A stretch of DNA of 56,748 nt from an uncultured Mycobacterium sp. (lineage in GTDB: Bacteria > Actinomycetota > Actinomycetes > Mycobacteriales > Mycobacteriaceae). Location of the stretch: the NCBI GenBank assembly GCA_964527015.1, contig CAZGPT010000002.1, forward strand, positions 1 through 56,748, written 5' to 3'. Numbering within the stretch: the stretch's first letter is position 1; the number at the start of each line of letters is the position of its first letter. Positions 1 to 11,926 of the stretch are shown piece after piece. Under the pieces are notes generated by a model. It saw only the letters and a list, made by a program, of their open reading frames with translations, had not been told where the DNA came from and ran no database searches. A program made the position numbers and the translations under genes.

Positions 1-837
1 CACAGCGCCAAAGCCGGCGGCGCCGAGGCCCGGCGGTTCTGGTTCGACGAGTACCGCCTCAACTCCCGCATCGGCCGCTACCCGAAGCCGTATATCGCGT
101 ATATGGACGGCATCGTGATGGGCGGCGGGGTCGGTGTCAGCGCCCACGGGCGTGTCCGCGTGGTGACCGACACTTCGAGGATCGCAATGCCCGAGGTCGG
201 CATCGGTTTCATCCCCGACGTCGGCGGCACTTTCCTGCTGTCCCGGGCGCCCGGGAATCTGGGCCTGCACGCCGCCCTCACCGGTGCGCCCTTCTCCGGG
301 GCGGACGCCATCGCGATGGGTCTCGCCGACCACTATGTTGCCAGCGAAGACCTCGAGGCGTTCACCGCGACGATCGTCGCCGACGGTATCGACGCGGCGC
401 TGGCCGATCATGCACAGGAACCACCTCCCAGCCAGCTGGTCTCCGAGCGGGAATGGATCGACCAGTGCTATTCCGGAGACACCGTCTCCGACATCGTCTG
501 CGCGCTGCGCGCCCACCGCGAAGGACCGGCCAACGACGCCGCCGAGATGATCACCACCCGCTCCCCCATCGCGCTGGCCGTCACCCTGACCTCCATTCGC
601 CGGGCCGCAGCGCTCGGTGGGCTCGACGAGACACTGGCGCAGGAGTACCGGGTGTCCTGCGCAGCACTGCGATCGCACGACCTCGTCGAGGGCATCCGCG
701 CCCAACTGGTGGACAAGGACCGCAACCCGCGGTGGTCGCCACCGTCGCTTGACCAAGTGGCACGCGAGGATGTGGAGGGCTACTTCAGCCCGGCCGATCC
801 GGACCTGACTTTCCCGGACCTGACTTTCCAGGAGTAG
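1..837 (+). CDS. echA9: Enoyl-CoA hydratase/isomerase family protein (3-hydroxyisobutyryl-CoA hydrolase-like, EchA9), 5'-truncated by the window edge
   Basis: Frame is open from base 1 (HSAKAGG...KPYIAYMDGIVMGGGVG). Crotonase motifs AMPEVGIGFIPDVG and EGIRAQLVDKDRNPRW. Lies directly upstream of echA8. Confidence 0.85.
   Translation, partial: HSAKAGGAEARRFWFDEYRLNSRIGRYPKPYIAYMDGIVMGGGVGVSAHGRVRVVTDTSRIAMPEVGIGFIPDVGGTFLLSRAPGNLGLHAALTGAPFSGADAIAMGLADHYVASEDLEAFTATIVADGIDAALADHAQEPPPSQLVSEREWIDQCYSGDTVSDIVCALRAHREGPANDAAEMITTRSPIALAVTLTSIRRAAALGGLDETLAQEYRVSCAALRSHDLVEGIRAQLVDKDRNPRWSPPSLDQVAREDVEGYFSPADPDLTFPDLTFQE
799..828 (+). repeat. Perfect 15-bp tandem duplication CCGGACCTGACTTTC x2 (PDLTF-PDLTF) at the echA9 C-terminus
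   Basis: Read directly: 799-813 and 814-828. Confidence 0.9.
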
Positions 838-855
838 ACCTTGAGCGGAGGACAT

Positions 856-1629
856 GTGGAATACGAGACGATTCTGGTGAGCCGGTCGGAGCGCGTCGGC
901 ACCGTCACACTAAACCGGCCCAAGGCGCTCAACGCCCTCAACAGCCAGGTGATGGCGGAGGTGACGGCCGCCGCCGCCGAACTCGATGCCGACTCCGGTA
1001 TCGGCGCCATCGTCATCACCGGCTCGGAGAAGGCGTTTGCCGCCGGCGCTGACATCAAAGAAATGGCGTCGCTATCGTTCTCGGAGGTCTTCGAGGCCGA
1101 TTTCTTCGCCGCATGGGGTGCGCTGGCGGCCATCCGTACGCCCATGATCGCCGCTGTCGCCGGCTACGCGCTGGGCGGAGGCTGCGAGCTGGCAATGATG
1201 TGCGACATCCTGATCGCTGCCGACACCGCGAAATTCGGCCAACCCGAGATCAAGCTGGGCGTGCTACCCGGTATGGGCGGCTCTCAGCGGCTCACCCGCG
1301 CGATCGGCAAGGCCAAGGCGATGGATCTGATCCTCACCGGACGCACCATCGACGCCGCGGAAGCGGAGCGCAGCGGCCTGGTGTCGCGGGTCGTTCCGGC
1401 CGCGCAACTGCTCGACGAGGCCAACGCGGTGGCCGGCACCGTCTCGACGATGTCCCGCTCGGCGGCCCGAATGGCTAAAGAGGCGGTCAATCGCGCATTC
1501 GAGTCGACCCTCACCGAGGGCCTGCTCTACGAACGCCGGCTCTTCCACTCCGCGTTCGCCACCGACGACCAGAGCGAGGGCATGGCAGCCTTCACTGAGA
1601 AACGGGCTCCGAACTTCACCCACCGATAA
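856..1629 (+). CDS. echA8: Enoyl-CoA hydratase EchA8
   Basis: Motifs [29 protein letters not shown] and [12 protein letters not shown] at 856 follows GGAGGA (847-852). Confidence 0.92.
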   Translation: MEYETILVSRSERVGTVTLNRPKALNALNSQVMAEVTAAAAELDADSGIGAIVITGSEKAFAAGADIKEMASLSFSEVFEADFFAAWGALAAIRTPMIAAVAGYALGGGCELAMMCDILIAADTAKFGQPEIKLGVLPGMGGSQRLTRAIGKAKAMDLILTGRTIDAAEAERSGLVSRVVPAAQLLDEANAVAGTVSTMSRSAARMAKEAVNRAFESTLTEGLLYERRLFHSAFATDDQSEGMAAFTEKRAPNFTHR

Positions 1630-1638
1630 GGTTTCGGG

Positions 1639-3345
1639 GTGACCGACGTCCCCACTCTGGATACCGATACCCCGACGGACCCGGCTCCGGCCACGGTCGT
1701 GGCAGCCCGCGATTGGTGGCAGCGCCGCTACACGTTCACCGGCACCGCTGTCGGACTGCTCTTTCTGCTGTTGTCTTTGACACCGTCGCTACTCCCCCGG
1801 GGCCCGCTGTTCCAGGGTCTGGTCAGCGGCGCGTCCGGCGCAATCGGCTACGGCCTCGGTGTCTTCGGGGTGTGGCTGGTGCGGTTCATGAAGTCCCAGC
1901 AGACCAGCCCGCCGGCGCCGAGGCGGGCGTGGGCGGTGCTGATCACCGTCGGGGCGGTCGGTTTGACGTTGGGCATCGTGTACTTCCATTTCTGGCAGAA
2001 CCACGTCCGCGAGCTGATGGGTGTGCCGGGGCTGCGGTGGTTCAACTATCCGCAGGCCGCCCTGCTTGCCGTCGGATTCCTGTTTCTCTTCGTCGAAATC
2101 GGCCAGCTGATCGGCAGGGCGCTCCGGTTTCTCGTTCGCCAACTGCGTCGGGTCGCTCCGCCGCGAGTCTCGGTCGTGGTGGTGGCGATCGCCTCCCTGG
2201 TGGTCGGAATCGCCATTCTGAACGGCGTGGTCGTGCGCGGCACCATGAGCGTGCTCAATAACGTCTTCGCCTCGATCAACGACGAGATGGACCCCGACAA
2301 TCCGGCGCCGGCGACCCCGATGCGCTCGGGTGGCCCGGATTCGCTGGTGTCCTGGGATTCACTGGGTCACCAGGGCCGCCTCTTCGTGGATGGCGGCCCG
2401 ACCGTCGCGCAGCTGACCGCGTTCAACGGGGTCCCCGCCATGGAGCCGATCCGCGCTTATGCCGGCGTGCATTCCGCCGACGGGATACGCGCGACGGCCG
2501 AGTTGGCGGCACAGGAACTGGTCCGGGCCGGCGGCCTGCAGCGCAAGGTGATCGCGGTGGGCACCACCACCGGCACCGGGTGGATCAACGCCGCAGATGC
2601 CGACACGCTGGAGTACCTGTACAACGGCGATACCGCCATCGTCAGCATGCAGTACTCGTTCCTGCCGAGCTGGCTGTCCTTCCTGGTGGATAAGGAGAAC
2701 GCCCGGCAGGCCGGCCAAGCACTCTTCGAGGCCGTCGACGCGGAGGTGCGGGCGTTACCGGAGGCACAGCGACCCAAAGTCGTGGTGTTCGGCGAAAGCC
2801 TCGGCTCATTCGGCGGGGAGGCGCCGTTCCTGAGCCCCAACAACATCATTGCGCGCACCGACGGTGCGCTGTTCTCCGGCCCGACGTTTCAGAACACGAT
2901 GCGCGACAACGTCACCGCCAACCGCGATCCAGGTTCACCGGAGTGGCTGCCGATCTTCGATGACGGCGCAAACGTCCGATTCGTGGCCCGCGCCGACAAC
3001 CTGGGCCGGCCGGATCAACCGTGGGGTAACCCGCGGATCGTCTACCTGCAGCACGCCTCCGACCCGATCGCCTGGTTCGATCCGGATCTGCTGTTCTCCG
3101 AACCGGATTGGCTGCGCGAGCCGCGCGGCTATGACGTCTCCACGGACATGCGGTGGATACCGATAGTGACCTTCCTCCAGGTCGCAGCCGACATGGCGGT
3201 CTCCATCGACGTGCCGGACGGCCACGGCCACCATTACGTCAAAGACGCGGTCAACGCGTGGGTAGCGATCCTGCAACCGCCGGGCTGGACGCCGGAGAAG
3301 ACCGAGCGGCTGCGCGGCATCGTCACGCAGGGTTGGACCGAATGA
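1639..3345 (+). CDS. Membrane-anchored alpha/beta-hydrolase family protein (Rv1069c-like)
   Basis: N-terminal TM helices with SLTPSLLPR, then TTTGTGW, the GESLG nucleophile motif, QHASDPI and GHGH. Syntenic position. Confidence 0.85.
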   Translation: MTDVPTLDTDTPTDPAPATVVAARDWWQRRYTFTGTAVGLLFLLLSLTPSLLPRGPLFQGLVSGASGAIGYGLGVFGVWLVRFMKSQQTSPPAPRRAWAVLITVGAVGLTLGIVYFHFWQNHVRELMGVPGLRWFNYPQAALLAVGFLFLFVEIGQLIGRALRFLVRQLRRVAPPRVSVVVVAIASLVVGIAILNGVVVRGTMSVLNNVFASINDEMDPDNPAPATPMRSGGPDSLVSWDSLGHQGRLFVDGGPTVAQLTAFNGVPAMEPIRAYAGVHSADGIRATAELAAQELVRAGGLQRKVIAVGTTTGTGWINAADADTLEYLYNGDTAIVSMQYSFLPSWLSFLVDKENARQAGQALFEAVDAEVRALPEAQRPKVVVFGESLGSFGGEAPFLSPNNIIARTDGALFSGPTFQNTMRDNVTANRDPGSPEWLPIFDDGANVRFVARADNLGRPDQPWGNPRIVYLQHASDPIAWFDPDLLFSEPDWLREPRGYDVSTDMRWIPIVTFLQVAADMAVSIDVPDGHGHHYVKDAVNAWVAILQPPGWTPEKTERLRGIVTQGWTE

Positions 3346-3794
3346 GCCGCTGCCGTCGGGATCCATCGTTGCTCGCCGTCGCCGTCGCCGTCGGCACCGC
3401 TGCGGCGGCGGTCCTGGTGGGCTGTTCCGCGGGCGGCGAAGTCAAAACAGCGCCGCCCACCCCGCAGGCGGCGCAGGACGACCCACCGGTCGCGTCGGCC
3501 GCTGACCCTTCCGACGGGAAAATCGGAATGTCACCCGGCGGCGTGACCACCCGGGTCGACGAGCCGGCCGAGTCCACCGAGGAGCAGTACGCGCAAGCCT
3601 GCATGGTTGCCAGAGAGTGGATGGACGCTCGTAGCGGTGACCCGCAGGCACTGATCGAGCCGTATCTCAAAGAGGTGCAGGCCTCCACCGAAACCGGGCG
3701 CGCGGCGTTTCAGAAGACCTGGCCGGAGCTGACCGGCGCCCAGCAGGCAGCGGTGATCATCGCGGTCCGGGCCGCCGCCGACGGCGGTTGCTGA
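3342..3794 (+). CDS. lpqV: Lipoprotein LpqV
   Basis: ATGA overlap with the upstream stop. Lipobox LVGC; SPGGVTTRVD...STEEQYAQAC; C-terminal AAADGGC. Confidence 0.8.
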   Translation: MSRCRRDPSLLAVAVAVGTAAAAVLVGCSAGGEVKTAPPTPQAAQDDPPVASAADPSDGKIGMSPGGVTTRVDEPAESTEEQYAQACMVAREWMDARSGDPQALIEPYLKEVQASTETGRAAFQKTWPELTGAQQAAVIIAVRAAADGGC

Positions 3795-3848
3795 GGCCGT
3801 AGTCGGGCCGATCGAAAGCGTCCCGTGCCGGCGGACAACAATGGAGCC

Positions 3849-4808
3849 ATGGCCAAACGTGTGGCGCTCGCCCTGGGCAGCGGCGGCGCTCGGGGCTACG
3901 CCCATATCGGAGTTCTGAACGAGCTCAGCGATCGGGGTTATGAAGTCGTCGGTATCGCCGGATCCTCGATGGGCGCGCTGGTCGGCGGGCTGTTCGCCGC
4001 CGGTTCCCTCGATGAGTTCACCGACTGGACCATGACGCTGACCCAGCGGGCCATGCTGAGGCTGCTGGATCCCTCGATCAGCGCGGCCGGGGTGCTCCGG
4101 GCCGGGAAGATCCTCGACACGGTGCGCGATATTCTCGGCGAGGCCACCATCGAGAGCCTGTCGATCCCGTACACCGCGGTGACGACCGACCTCATCACCG
4201 GCAAGTCGGTCTGGCTGCAACGCGGCCCGGTCGATGAGGCCATCCGGGCCTCGATCGCCATCCCCGGTGTCATCGCCCCGCATGTGCTCGACGGCAGACT
4301 GCTGGCCGACGGCGGCATTCTCGACCCGTTGCCGATCGCGCCGATCGCCGCTGTCAACGCCGACCTCACCATCGCGGTCAGTGTTTCCGGCACCGACAGC
4401 GACGTCGGCGACGATCAAATCGGCGGCGACACCAGACCCACCCGCGAACGGTTGAACCGGCTGCTGCGCAGCACCTCCGCCCTGTTCGACCGGTTCGGTA
4501 CCGCGGGCGAGCAGTTCGAGATCTCCGATATCGACGAGGAAGACCCCGGCGCCGACGACGACCTCGTCGACGCCGGTAGGGGGATTCCCAAGTTGGGCAG
4601 TTTCGCGGTGATGATGCGCGCCATCGATATCGCCCAGGCCGCACTGGCACGGCACCAGATGGCGGCGTACCCGCCGGATCTGCTGATCGAGGTCCCCCGC
4701 ACCGCATGCCGCAGTCTGGACTTCCACCGTGCCGCCGAAGTCATCGCCCTGGGCCGTGAATTGGCCACCCGGGCTCTCGACGGCCTGGGCGAGGATCGCG
4801 ACTGCTGA
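3849..4808 (+). CDS. Patatin-like phospholipase (Rv1063c-like)
   Basis: GSGGARG glycine loop, GSSMG catalytic Ser and DGG catalytic Asp. Confidence 0.9.
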   Translation: MAKRVALALGSGGARGYAHIGVLNELSDRGYEVVGIAGSSMGALVGGLFAAGSLDEFTDWTMTLTQRAMLRLLDPSISAAGVLRAGKILDTVRDILGEATIESLSIPYTAVTTDLITGKSVWLQRGPVDEAIRASIAIPGVIAPHVLDGRLLADGGILDPLPIAPIAAVNADLTIAVSVSGTDSDVGDDQIGGDTRPTRERLNRLLRSTSALFDRFGTAGEQFEISDIDEEDPGADDDLVDAGRGIPKLGSFAVMMRAIDIAQAALARHQMAAYPPDLLIEVPRTACRSLDFHRAAEVIALGRELATRALDGLGEDRDC

Positions 4809-4815
4809 GACCGAC

Positions 4816-5679
4816 CTAGTTCACGGCCTCATTCTGTTGGGCCGCCTGTGCGGTCGGGCTGAGCTCTGCCCGGCTCAGCTGGTGGCGGGGGGTGTGCGGG
4901 AAGTCCAGCCGCCTGGTGATGGCCAGGTCCGCACCGACATGGACCAACTCGCCGGCATCAAGCAACCGCCAGCCCGGATTGTCGTCCATCGGCTCGCTGG
5001 CGAAGACCACCGCCGGGGAATCCGCAAGATGATCGGAGCGGGCGCGAATCCGTCGGGTTCGCATGTCGAAAGCCGCGGGTTCCCGTCGGTCCAGTACGTA
5101 CAGCTGATGGGTGTCGGGATAGCGCAGCGCCCACATGCCGGTGGCCGTGCTCAACAGGATATTGAGCGCGTAGACGGGCAGGTTGTCGGCAATCCAGCTG
5201 ACCGCATCAACGATCCCGGCGGTCACGTCACCGCCACGAAGGCGGGTGGCGGCGGTGATCAAGGCGAACACTCGTTCCGAATCCGTCTGTCCCCGAACGA
5301 GGTCCGAGGCACTGAGCGTCTTGAGCCGGTCATCAAGCAGCTCCAAGCCCTCGACCACGCCGTTGTGCGCGAAGATCCGGCAGTCCTGCAGGAAAGGATG
5401 GGTGTTGACCGCCTCGAGACCCCCGGTGGTGGCGTATCGGATGTGCGCAAGAAACGTCGTACCGGTCATCTCGTGTGCCTCGCGGTGGAAGGCCCGGTCA
5501 CGCCACGCCGCCATCGGCTGTTTACGGAGTTCCGGCTGACCGTCGGCGCCGAACACGCCCAGGCCGGTGCCGTCCGGGTTGCGGTGGCTCTGCTGGGCGA
5601 GGCTGTCCGGCGCGTTCAGCAACCAGAATGTCGCGGTGACCACGCGTTGACCGGCGTGCAGGCCGAAGAGTCGACACAT
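4816..5679 (-). CDS. Class II glutamine amidotransferase (Ntn fold, Rv1061-like)
   Basis: N-terminal MCRLFG; NPDGTG, AHIRYAT, NTHPF, HNG, GQTDSE and FASEP motifs. Confidence 0.9.
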   Translation of the reverse strand: MCRLFGLHAGQRVVTATFWLLNAPDSLAQQSHRNPDGTGLGVFGADGQPELRKQPMAAWRDRAFHREAHEMTGTTFLAHIRYATTGGLEAVNTHPFLQDCRIFAHNGVVEGLELLDDRLKTLSASDLVRGQTDSERVFALITAATRLRGGDVTAGIVDAVSWIADNLPVYALNILLSTATGMWALRYPDTHQLYVLDRREPAAFDMRTRRIRARSDHLADSPAVVFASEPMDDNPGWRLLDAGELVHVGADLAITRRLDFPHTPRHQLSRAELSPTAQAAQQNEAVN

Positions 5680-5834
5680 CGCCGTCAGCCCCGCACGTTC
5701 TCGGACGACAAGTTGCCAAGCGATGACCGCGGTCGGGCAACGTCCGCACCGGTTCCGGCCGTTTCGCCACGCCAGGTGCCCCCGATCCGGCCACGGGACA
5801 GCGTGGACAGCACGCGAAATGTCATTTTCTGATG

Positions 5835-6899
5835 CTAATCCGATCGGCCGAATAGCGGGGCGGCCCGCCCGGTGAGCGGCGGTAGGTCGAAAAAACCCTT
5901 GATGCCCGGATCTGCCGCGCAGGTGGCCGGAATGGCATTGACACAGTGCGCGGCGGTCGCGACGATACCCGGGTTGCTGATCAGCCCCTCCTCGACGGTA
6001 TCGGGCTGCCAGCCCTTCACCGTGACAAAGGTGTTGGGGTTACCGCGGACCTCGATCTCGTAACGTTCACCGGCCGGACCGAAGGACCAGGCCGGATCGA
6101 GGTGCTCCTCCCCCATCAGCCAGTTGACCGCCACCCGCACGACAATCTTGTTGGTGACCACCGCGTCCCAGCAGAACCGACGACCGGCTACCGCACCCGG
6201 CCGGATGACTCCGATCGGCGACTCGATCGGCGCGGTCGCCACCGCCACCTGCTGACTGGTGCGGATGACCGGTTCGGCGGCGAATCCGAGCCGGTCGACG
6301 ATCAGCCGGACCGATTGCATGAAGCCGCCGTTGAGCAGCTTCTGCATCGGCCCGCGCAGTGCTGTCTCAGGTTCGCCGCCGAACCCCATGACGTGGCGCA
6401 CCACGTCCGGCGCGTCATAGCTGCGCAGGTCGGAATACTCCTCGGCCCGGACGTGGGTGATACCGGTGGACATCACCGACAACAGCAGCGGGAACAGTTC
6501 GGTGGCCGCGCCCGGCCCGATACCGGCGCCGTGCAGAGTCGCGTTGCCCTCCCGCGCCGCCGCTTCCAGTGGCGCGGCCTCGGACTCACTTGGGTAGAAC
6601 CAGCCGACGGGACTCACCACGTTCTTACCGGAACGCAGCAGGGCGCACACCTCGTCGGCGTTGGGCAGCAATGGGGCGTAGACAACAGCGTCGACGTCCA
6701 TCGCGAGGATCCGCTCGACGCTGTCGGTGGCAGTTACCCCAAGGTTTTCGGTGTGAAGAATCTCCCCAACATCTTTGCCCGCCTTGGCTTTCGAGTGCAC
6801 CCAGCAGCCGGCCAGCTCGAGCTCGGGATGCTCGAGCACCGCTTTGATCGCGGCCACCCCGACCGAACCAGTCGCCCACTGCACCACCCGAAGAGCCAC
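5835..6899 (-). CDS. Dihydrodipicolinate reductase-like NAD(P)H-dependent oxidoreductase (Rv1059-like)
   Basis: Rossmann start VVQWATGSVG; LLRSGKNVV, HGAGIGPG and ATAAHCVNAIP motifs. Confidence 0.8.
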   Translation of the reverse strand: MALRVVQWATGSVGVAAIKAVLEHPELELAGCWVHSKAKAGKDVGEILHTENLGVTATDSVERILAMDVDAVVYAPLLPNADEVCALLRSGKNVVSPVGWFYPSESEAAPLEAAAREGNATLHGAGIGPGAATELFPLLLSVMSTGITHVRAEEYSDLRSYDAPDVVRHVMGFGGEPETALRGPMQKLLNGGFMQSVRLIVDRLGFAAEPVIRTSQQVAVATAPIESPIGVIRPGAVAGRRFCWDAVVTNKIVVRVAVNWLMGEEHLDPAWSFGPAGERYEIEVRGNPNTFVTVKGWQPDTVEEGLISNPGIVATAAHCVNAIPATCAADPGIKGFFDLPPLTGRAAPLFGRSD

Positions 6900-6921
6900 A
6901 GCAGCCCCTTCCGCAGATGAC

Positions 6922-6935
6922 TAGAACGCGTTCTA
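6922..6935. promoter_or_regulatory. KstR operator-like palindrome TAGAACGCGTTCTA
   Basis: Perfect palindrome matching the KstR consensus TnnAACnnGTTnnA. Sits in the divergent gap next to a -10-like TAGACT (6938-6943). Confidence 0.75.
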
Positions 6936-6972
6936 CCTAGACTAGCGGTGCCGTAAGCGGAAAGGATCGTCC

Positions 6973-8163
6973 GTGCCGAACAAGGTGTACGTCGTCGGGG
7001 TCGGGATGACCAAGTTCGAGAAGCCCGGGCGCCGACAGGGATGGGACTACCCGGACATGGCCCGTGAGTCGGGCACCAAGGCGCTCGCCGACGCCGGTCT
7101 CGACTATCGGGAGATCCAGCAGGGTTACGTCGGCTATGTCACCGGAGACTCGACGTGCGGCCAGCGCGCCCTCTACGAGCTCGGTATGACCGGGATCCCG
7201 ATCGTCAACGTCAACAACAACTGCTCGACCGGATCCACCGCACTGTTGCTGGCCGCACAGACAATCCGCGGCGGGCTGGTCGACTGTGTGCTGGCACTGG
7301 GCTTCGAGAAGATGCAGCCCGGCTCGCTCGGCGGAGGTGCCGACGATCGAGAGTCCCCACTGCGCCGCCACATCACGGCCCTGGCCGATATCGACGACCT
7401 GGCCTTCCCGGTGGCCCCCTGGATGTTCGGTGCGGCCGGCCGCGAATACCTGCGCACCTACGAGGCCACCCCGGAACACTTCGCCAAGATCGGCTATAAG
7501 AACCACAAGCACTCGGTGAACAACCCCTACGCGCAATTCCAGACCGAGTACACCCTCGAGGACATCCTCGCGGCACCGATGATCTCCGAGCCGTTGACCA
7601 AGCTGCAATGCTCGCCGACGTCAGATGGTTCTGCCGCGGCAGTCCTCGCCTCGGAGAAGTTCGTCGACGCCCACGAGCTGGCTGGCCAGGCCGTCGAGAT
7701 CGTTGGGCAGGCGATGACCACCGACTTCGCCTCCACCTTCGACGGCTCGGCCAAGAATGTGATCGGCCACGACATGAATGTGCAAGCAGCCCAAAACGTT
7801 TACCACCAGAGCGGCCTCGGCCCCCAGGACTTCCAAGTCATCGAGTTGCATGACTGCTTCTCCGCCAACGAACTGCTGCTCTACGAGGCGCTCGGTCTGT
7901 GCGGCGAAGGCGAGGCGCCAACGCTGATCGATACAGGCGACACCACCTACGGGGGCCGCTGGGTGGTCAATCCGTCCGGCGGGCTGATCTCGAAGGGGCA
8001 TCCGCTCGGCGCCACCGGTCTGGCACAGTGCAGCGAGCTCACCTGGCAGCTGCGCGGTACGGCCGATGGGCGTCAGGTGCCGGATGTCACCGCGGCGCTT
8101 CAGCACAACATCGGCCTCGGCGGAGCGGCCGTCGTGACGGCCTACCAGCGCGCCGAACGGTAG
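6973..8163 (+). CDS. ltp1: Lipid-transfer protein / SCP-x type thiolase (Ltp1-like)
   Basis: [43 protein letters not shown] and QHNIGLGG motifs. Confidence 0.8.
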   Translation: MPNKVYVVGVGMTKFEKPGRRQGWDYPDMARESGTKALADAGLDYREIQQGYVGYVTGDSTCGQRALYELGMTGIPIVNVNNNCSTGSTALLLAAQTIRGGLVDCVLALGFEKMQPGSLGGGADDRESPLRRHITALADIDDLAFPVAPWMFGAAGREYLRTYEATPEHFAKIGYKNHKHSVNNPYAQFQTEYTLEDILAAPMISEPLTKLQCSPTSDGSAAAVLASEKFVDAHELAGQAVEIVGQAMTTDFASTFDGSAKNVIGHDMNVQAAQNVYHQSGLGPQDFQVIELHDCFSANELLLYEALGLCGEGEAPTLIDTGDTTYGGRWVVNPSGGLISKGHPLGATGLAQCSELTWQLRGTADGRQVPDVTAALQHNIGLGGAAVVTAYQRAER

Positions 8164-8195
8164 CCGCGAGCCACCCCGTACCCCGCGGGCCGACG

Positions 8196-9833
<1,638 letters not shown>

Positions 9834-10033
9834 TTTCCTTGGCCTTTCCTTGGCGGCTCGTATTCTCGGTGGGCCCGATCGTATCGCCGCAGCGCCCCGT
9901 CTCGGGCGATTCCCGGACCGCCTGCCGGCCGGGATTCACACTCCCGCCGAACACTCCCGCCGAACAGTGGAACGGCCACCCGGTCGGCGGCGATACATCC
10001 AGAGGTATACCTTCAGAGCACATAAGGAGGGCC

Positions 10034-10351
10034 ATGCGCGGTATCACGACCCTGACGGTGGCCGTAGTTGCCATCGGTGTGCTGGTCGGTCCGGCCAGCC
10101 CGGCCATGGCCGAGAACTCCGCCCAAGACACCATCGACGACCTACGGCGGCAGGGCTACACGGTGCAGATCGACAAGATCGGCACCGGCCCGATGTCCGA
10201 GTGCCTCGTAACCGGGGTGCGCAACCCGCAGACCATGACCCAGTGGGTGCCGTACGTGGGCCCGGGTCTGGGCACTGCAGAAGGGAACTTTCTGGTCCCC
10301 GTTGTGACCAGTCAGAGCATCTCGGTGTCGCTGGACTGCAGCCGGCCCTAG
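10034..10351 (+). CDS. Small secreted hypothetical protein (105 aa, two Cys)
   Basis: AAGGAGG RBS at 10024-10030. Signal peptide ending PAMA; SAQDTI..L..QGY.V.ID...C.V..VRNP...VSLDC. Confidence 0.75.
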   Translation: MRGITTLTVAVVAIGVLVGPASPAMAENSAQDTIDDLRRQGYTVQIDKIGTGPMSECLVTGVRNPQTMTQWVPYVGPGLGTAEGNFLVPVVTSQSISVSLDCSRP

Positions 10352-10373
10352 CCGGCCGGCACCGGCCGCCGGG

Positions 10374-11432
10374 TCAGGACGCTGCGCGCAGTCCGGCGCT
10401 CCGCACGTCAAGCGCCGAGATCGAACCTTCGTAATCGCCGACGTACAGGCATGAGCCATCCCGGCTGACCGCCAGGCAGGAAACCGACCGGCCGACGTCG
10501 ATGCGCTCGACGATGCGCGCCGTTACGGCATCGACGACGACAACCTCGCGGCCGTCAGCGAGGTAGACGCCGCCGGTGGTCACGATCACCTGGGCCGACA
10601 GCCCACCACCGGTCTCGACGGTGTGCACGACGCGTCCCGCTCCGATATCGACTATGCGCAGTACTGCTCCGGACTCGGCATCCCAGCCGGTGACGAAAAC
10701 CCTGCGACCGTCGGAGTGGACCGCGATATCGCCGATCGAGTCACCGACGTCAATGGTGCTGAGCACGCGGCCGGTCCGGACATCGATCACCACCAAGGCG
10801 CCACCGTCCGACGTCGTGAGCGCCGCGTACAGGCGTGTCCCGGCAGCGTTGACACGCACGGTGTCGATAGAGGCACCGGCCTCGCGGGCGACGGCGATGG
10901 TGCTGATATGGCCGCTCTCCACATCGATGACGGCGATATCGGCCAAGTCGTCCGCCGAACGCGCGACGTAGATCAGATCGCCGGATTTGCTGACAGCCAG
11001 GCCCCGGGCGCCCAGTCCGACCTCACGGGCGGCAAGCGGCAAACCAGTCTCGAGGTCAACGGCGACCACAGAGTCTTCGGTAATCGAGGCCGAACGGATA
11101 TAGGCGCGATCGGAGGCGGCCACCGCCGACGGCTCGGCGACATCGGCGACCACTGAACTGACGGTCAGCGTCGCGATGTCGATGACCGACACGGCGTCTT
11201 CGCCGAAATGGGCAGCGACCAGATACCGGCCGTCATGGCTCACCGTGAGGTCGGTCACGGCACCGGCCAGACCGGCCAGGTCGCCGGTCGCCGGGCGGAC
11301 TGCCCGGTTCAGCTCGGTAGAGGGTCGCGTCGAACCGCTGACGGCGGCGATCCGCGGCGTCGGCAACGTCGACAGCCACACCGAATCCCCTGGCCGTTCG
11401 GCCACTGCGGCGCTGCCTGTCGTCTTCGCCAT
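10374..11432 (-). CDS. YncE/YVTN beta-propeller protein (Rv1057-like)
   Basis: Repeated blades (VSHDGRYL, AVSKSGDLIYV, AVHSDGRRVFV, AVSRDGSCLYV). GGAGG upstream of ATG 11432. Syntenic with fadD14. Confidence 0.85.
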   Translation of the reverse strand: MAKTTGSAAVAERPGDSVWLSTLPTPRIAAVSGSTRPSTELNRAVRPATGDLAGLAGAVTDLTVSHDGRYLVAAHFGEDAVSVIDIATLTVSSVVADVAEPSAVAASDRAYIRSASITEDSVVAVDLETGLPLAAREVGLGARGLAVSKSGDLIYVARSADDLADIAVIDVESGHISTIAVAREAGASIDTVRVNAAGTRLYAALTTSDGGALVVIDVRTGRVLSTIDVGDSIGDIAVHSDGRRVFVTGWDAESGAVLRIVDIGAGRVVHTVETGGGLSAQVIVTTGGVYLADGREVVVVDAVTARIVERIDVGRSVSCLAVSRDGSCLYVGDYEGSISALDVRSAGLRAAS

Positions 11433-11526
11433 CTTCGTCACACCTCCATAGGGCCGGAACTCAATCCGGTCACAACCATTAAAAGCAAATAACGCAATCC
11501 GACGTGTTGTCGGCTCCAACGACTCT

Positions 11527-11552
11527 AACGGCCAGCACCGACACCTAATTCC
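11527..11552 (-). promoter_or_regulatory. SigE/SigH-type promoter GGAAT-N18-GTT
   Basis: Minus strand reads GGAAT TAGGTGTCGGTGCTGGCC GTT, about 95 bp upstream of the beta-propeller start. Confidence 0.6.
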
Positions 11553-11578
11553 TCCAAATTTCGGCTACCGTTCATCTG

Positions 11579-11595
11579 CCTCAGCCGACTCTCAG
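11579..11595. promoter_or_regulatory. MprA box-like direct repeat CCTCAG-N5-TCTCAG
   Basis: One mismatch to TCTCAG-N5-TCTCAG. Upstream of an Rv1057 homolog, an established MprA target in M. tuberculosis. Confidence 0.6.
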
Positions 11596-11926
11596 CAGCA
11601 GCATCGTCGTCGCGTCTGGCAGCTTTCCACGACACACCCGGACTCCGCTGGTCAACGGCTAACTTCGGGACAATCGTGCCGGAGAGCGCCGGTCACCGGG
11701 AATTCACATCTGGGCCGCCAACTGCGTCGGACATCACATCGGTGCCCGTCACGTCCGGGACTCCGGGAGGATTCCTGGAACCTGCAATTAATTAACGGCG
11801 AAGTCACTTTTTCGCGCCGCCTGGTCGGCCCCTATCGGAACTCGCGCCGCAGTCCCATCACCGCCTAAGCCGCCGCCGGTTTGCGGGCACCGCCATCGCA
11901 GACTGCCGGAGCGCGGCTGCGCTGGC

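Noticed and set aside
11828-11844. GCCCCTATCGGAACTCG, faintly similar to the tRNA-Leu 3' end (possible att remnant)
   Set aside because: Needs two indels and a mismatch in 17 bp; plausible by chance, and no integrase is present.
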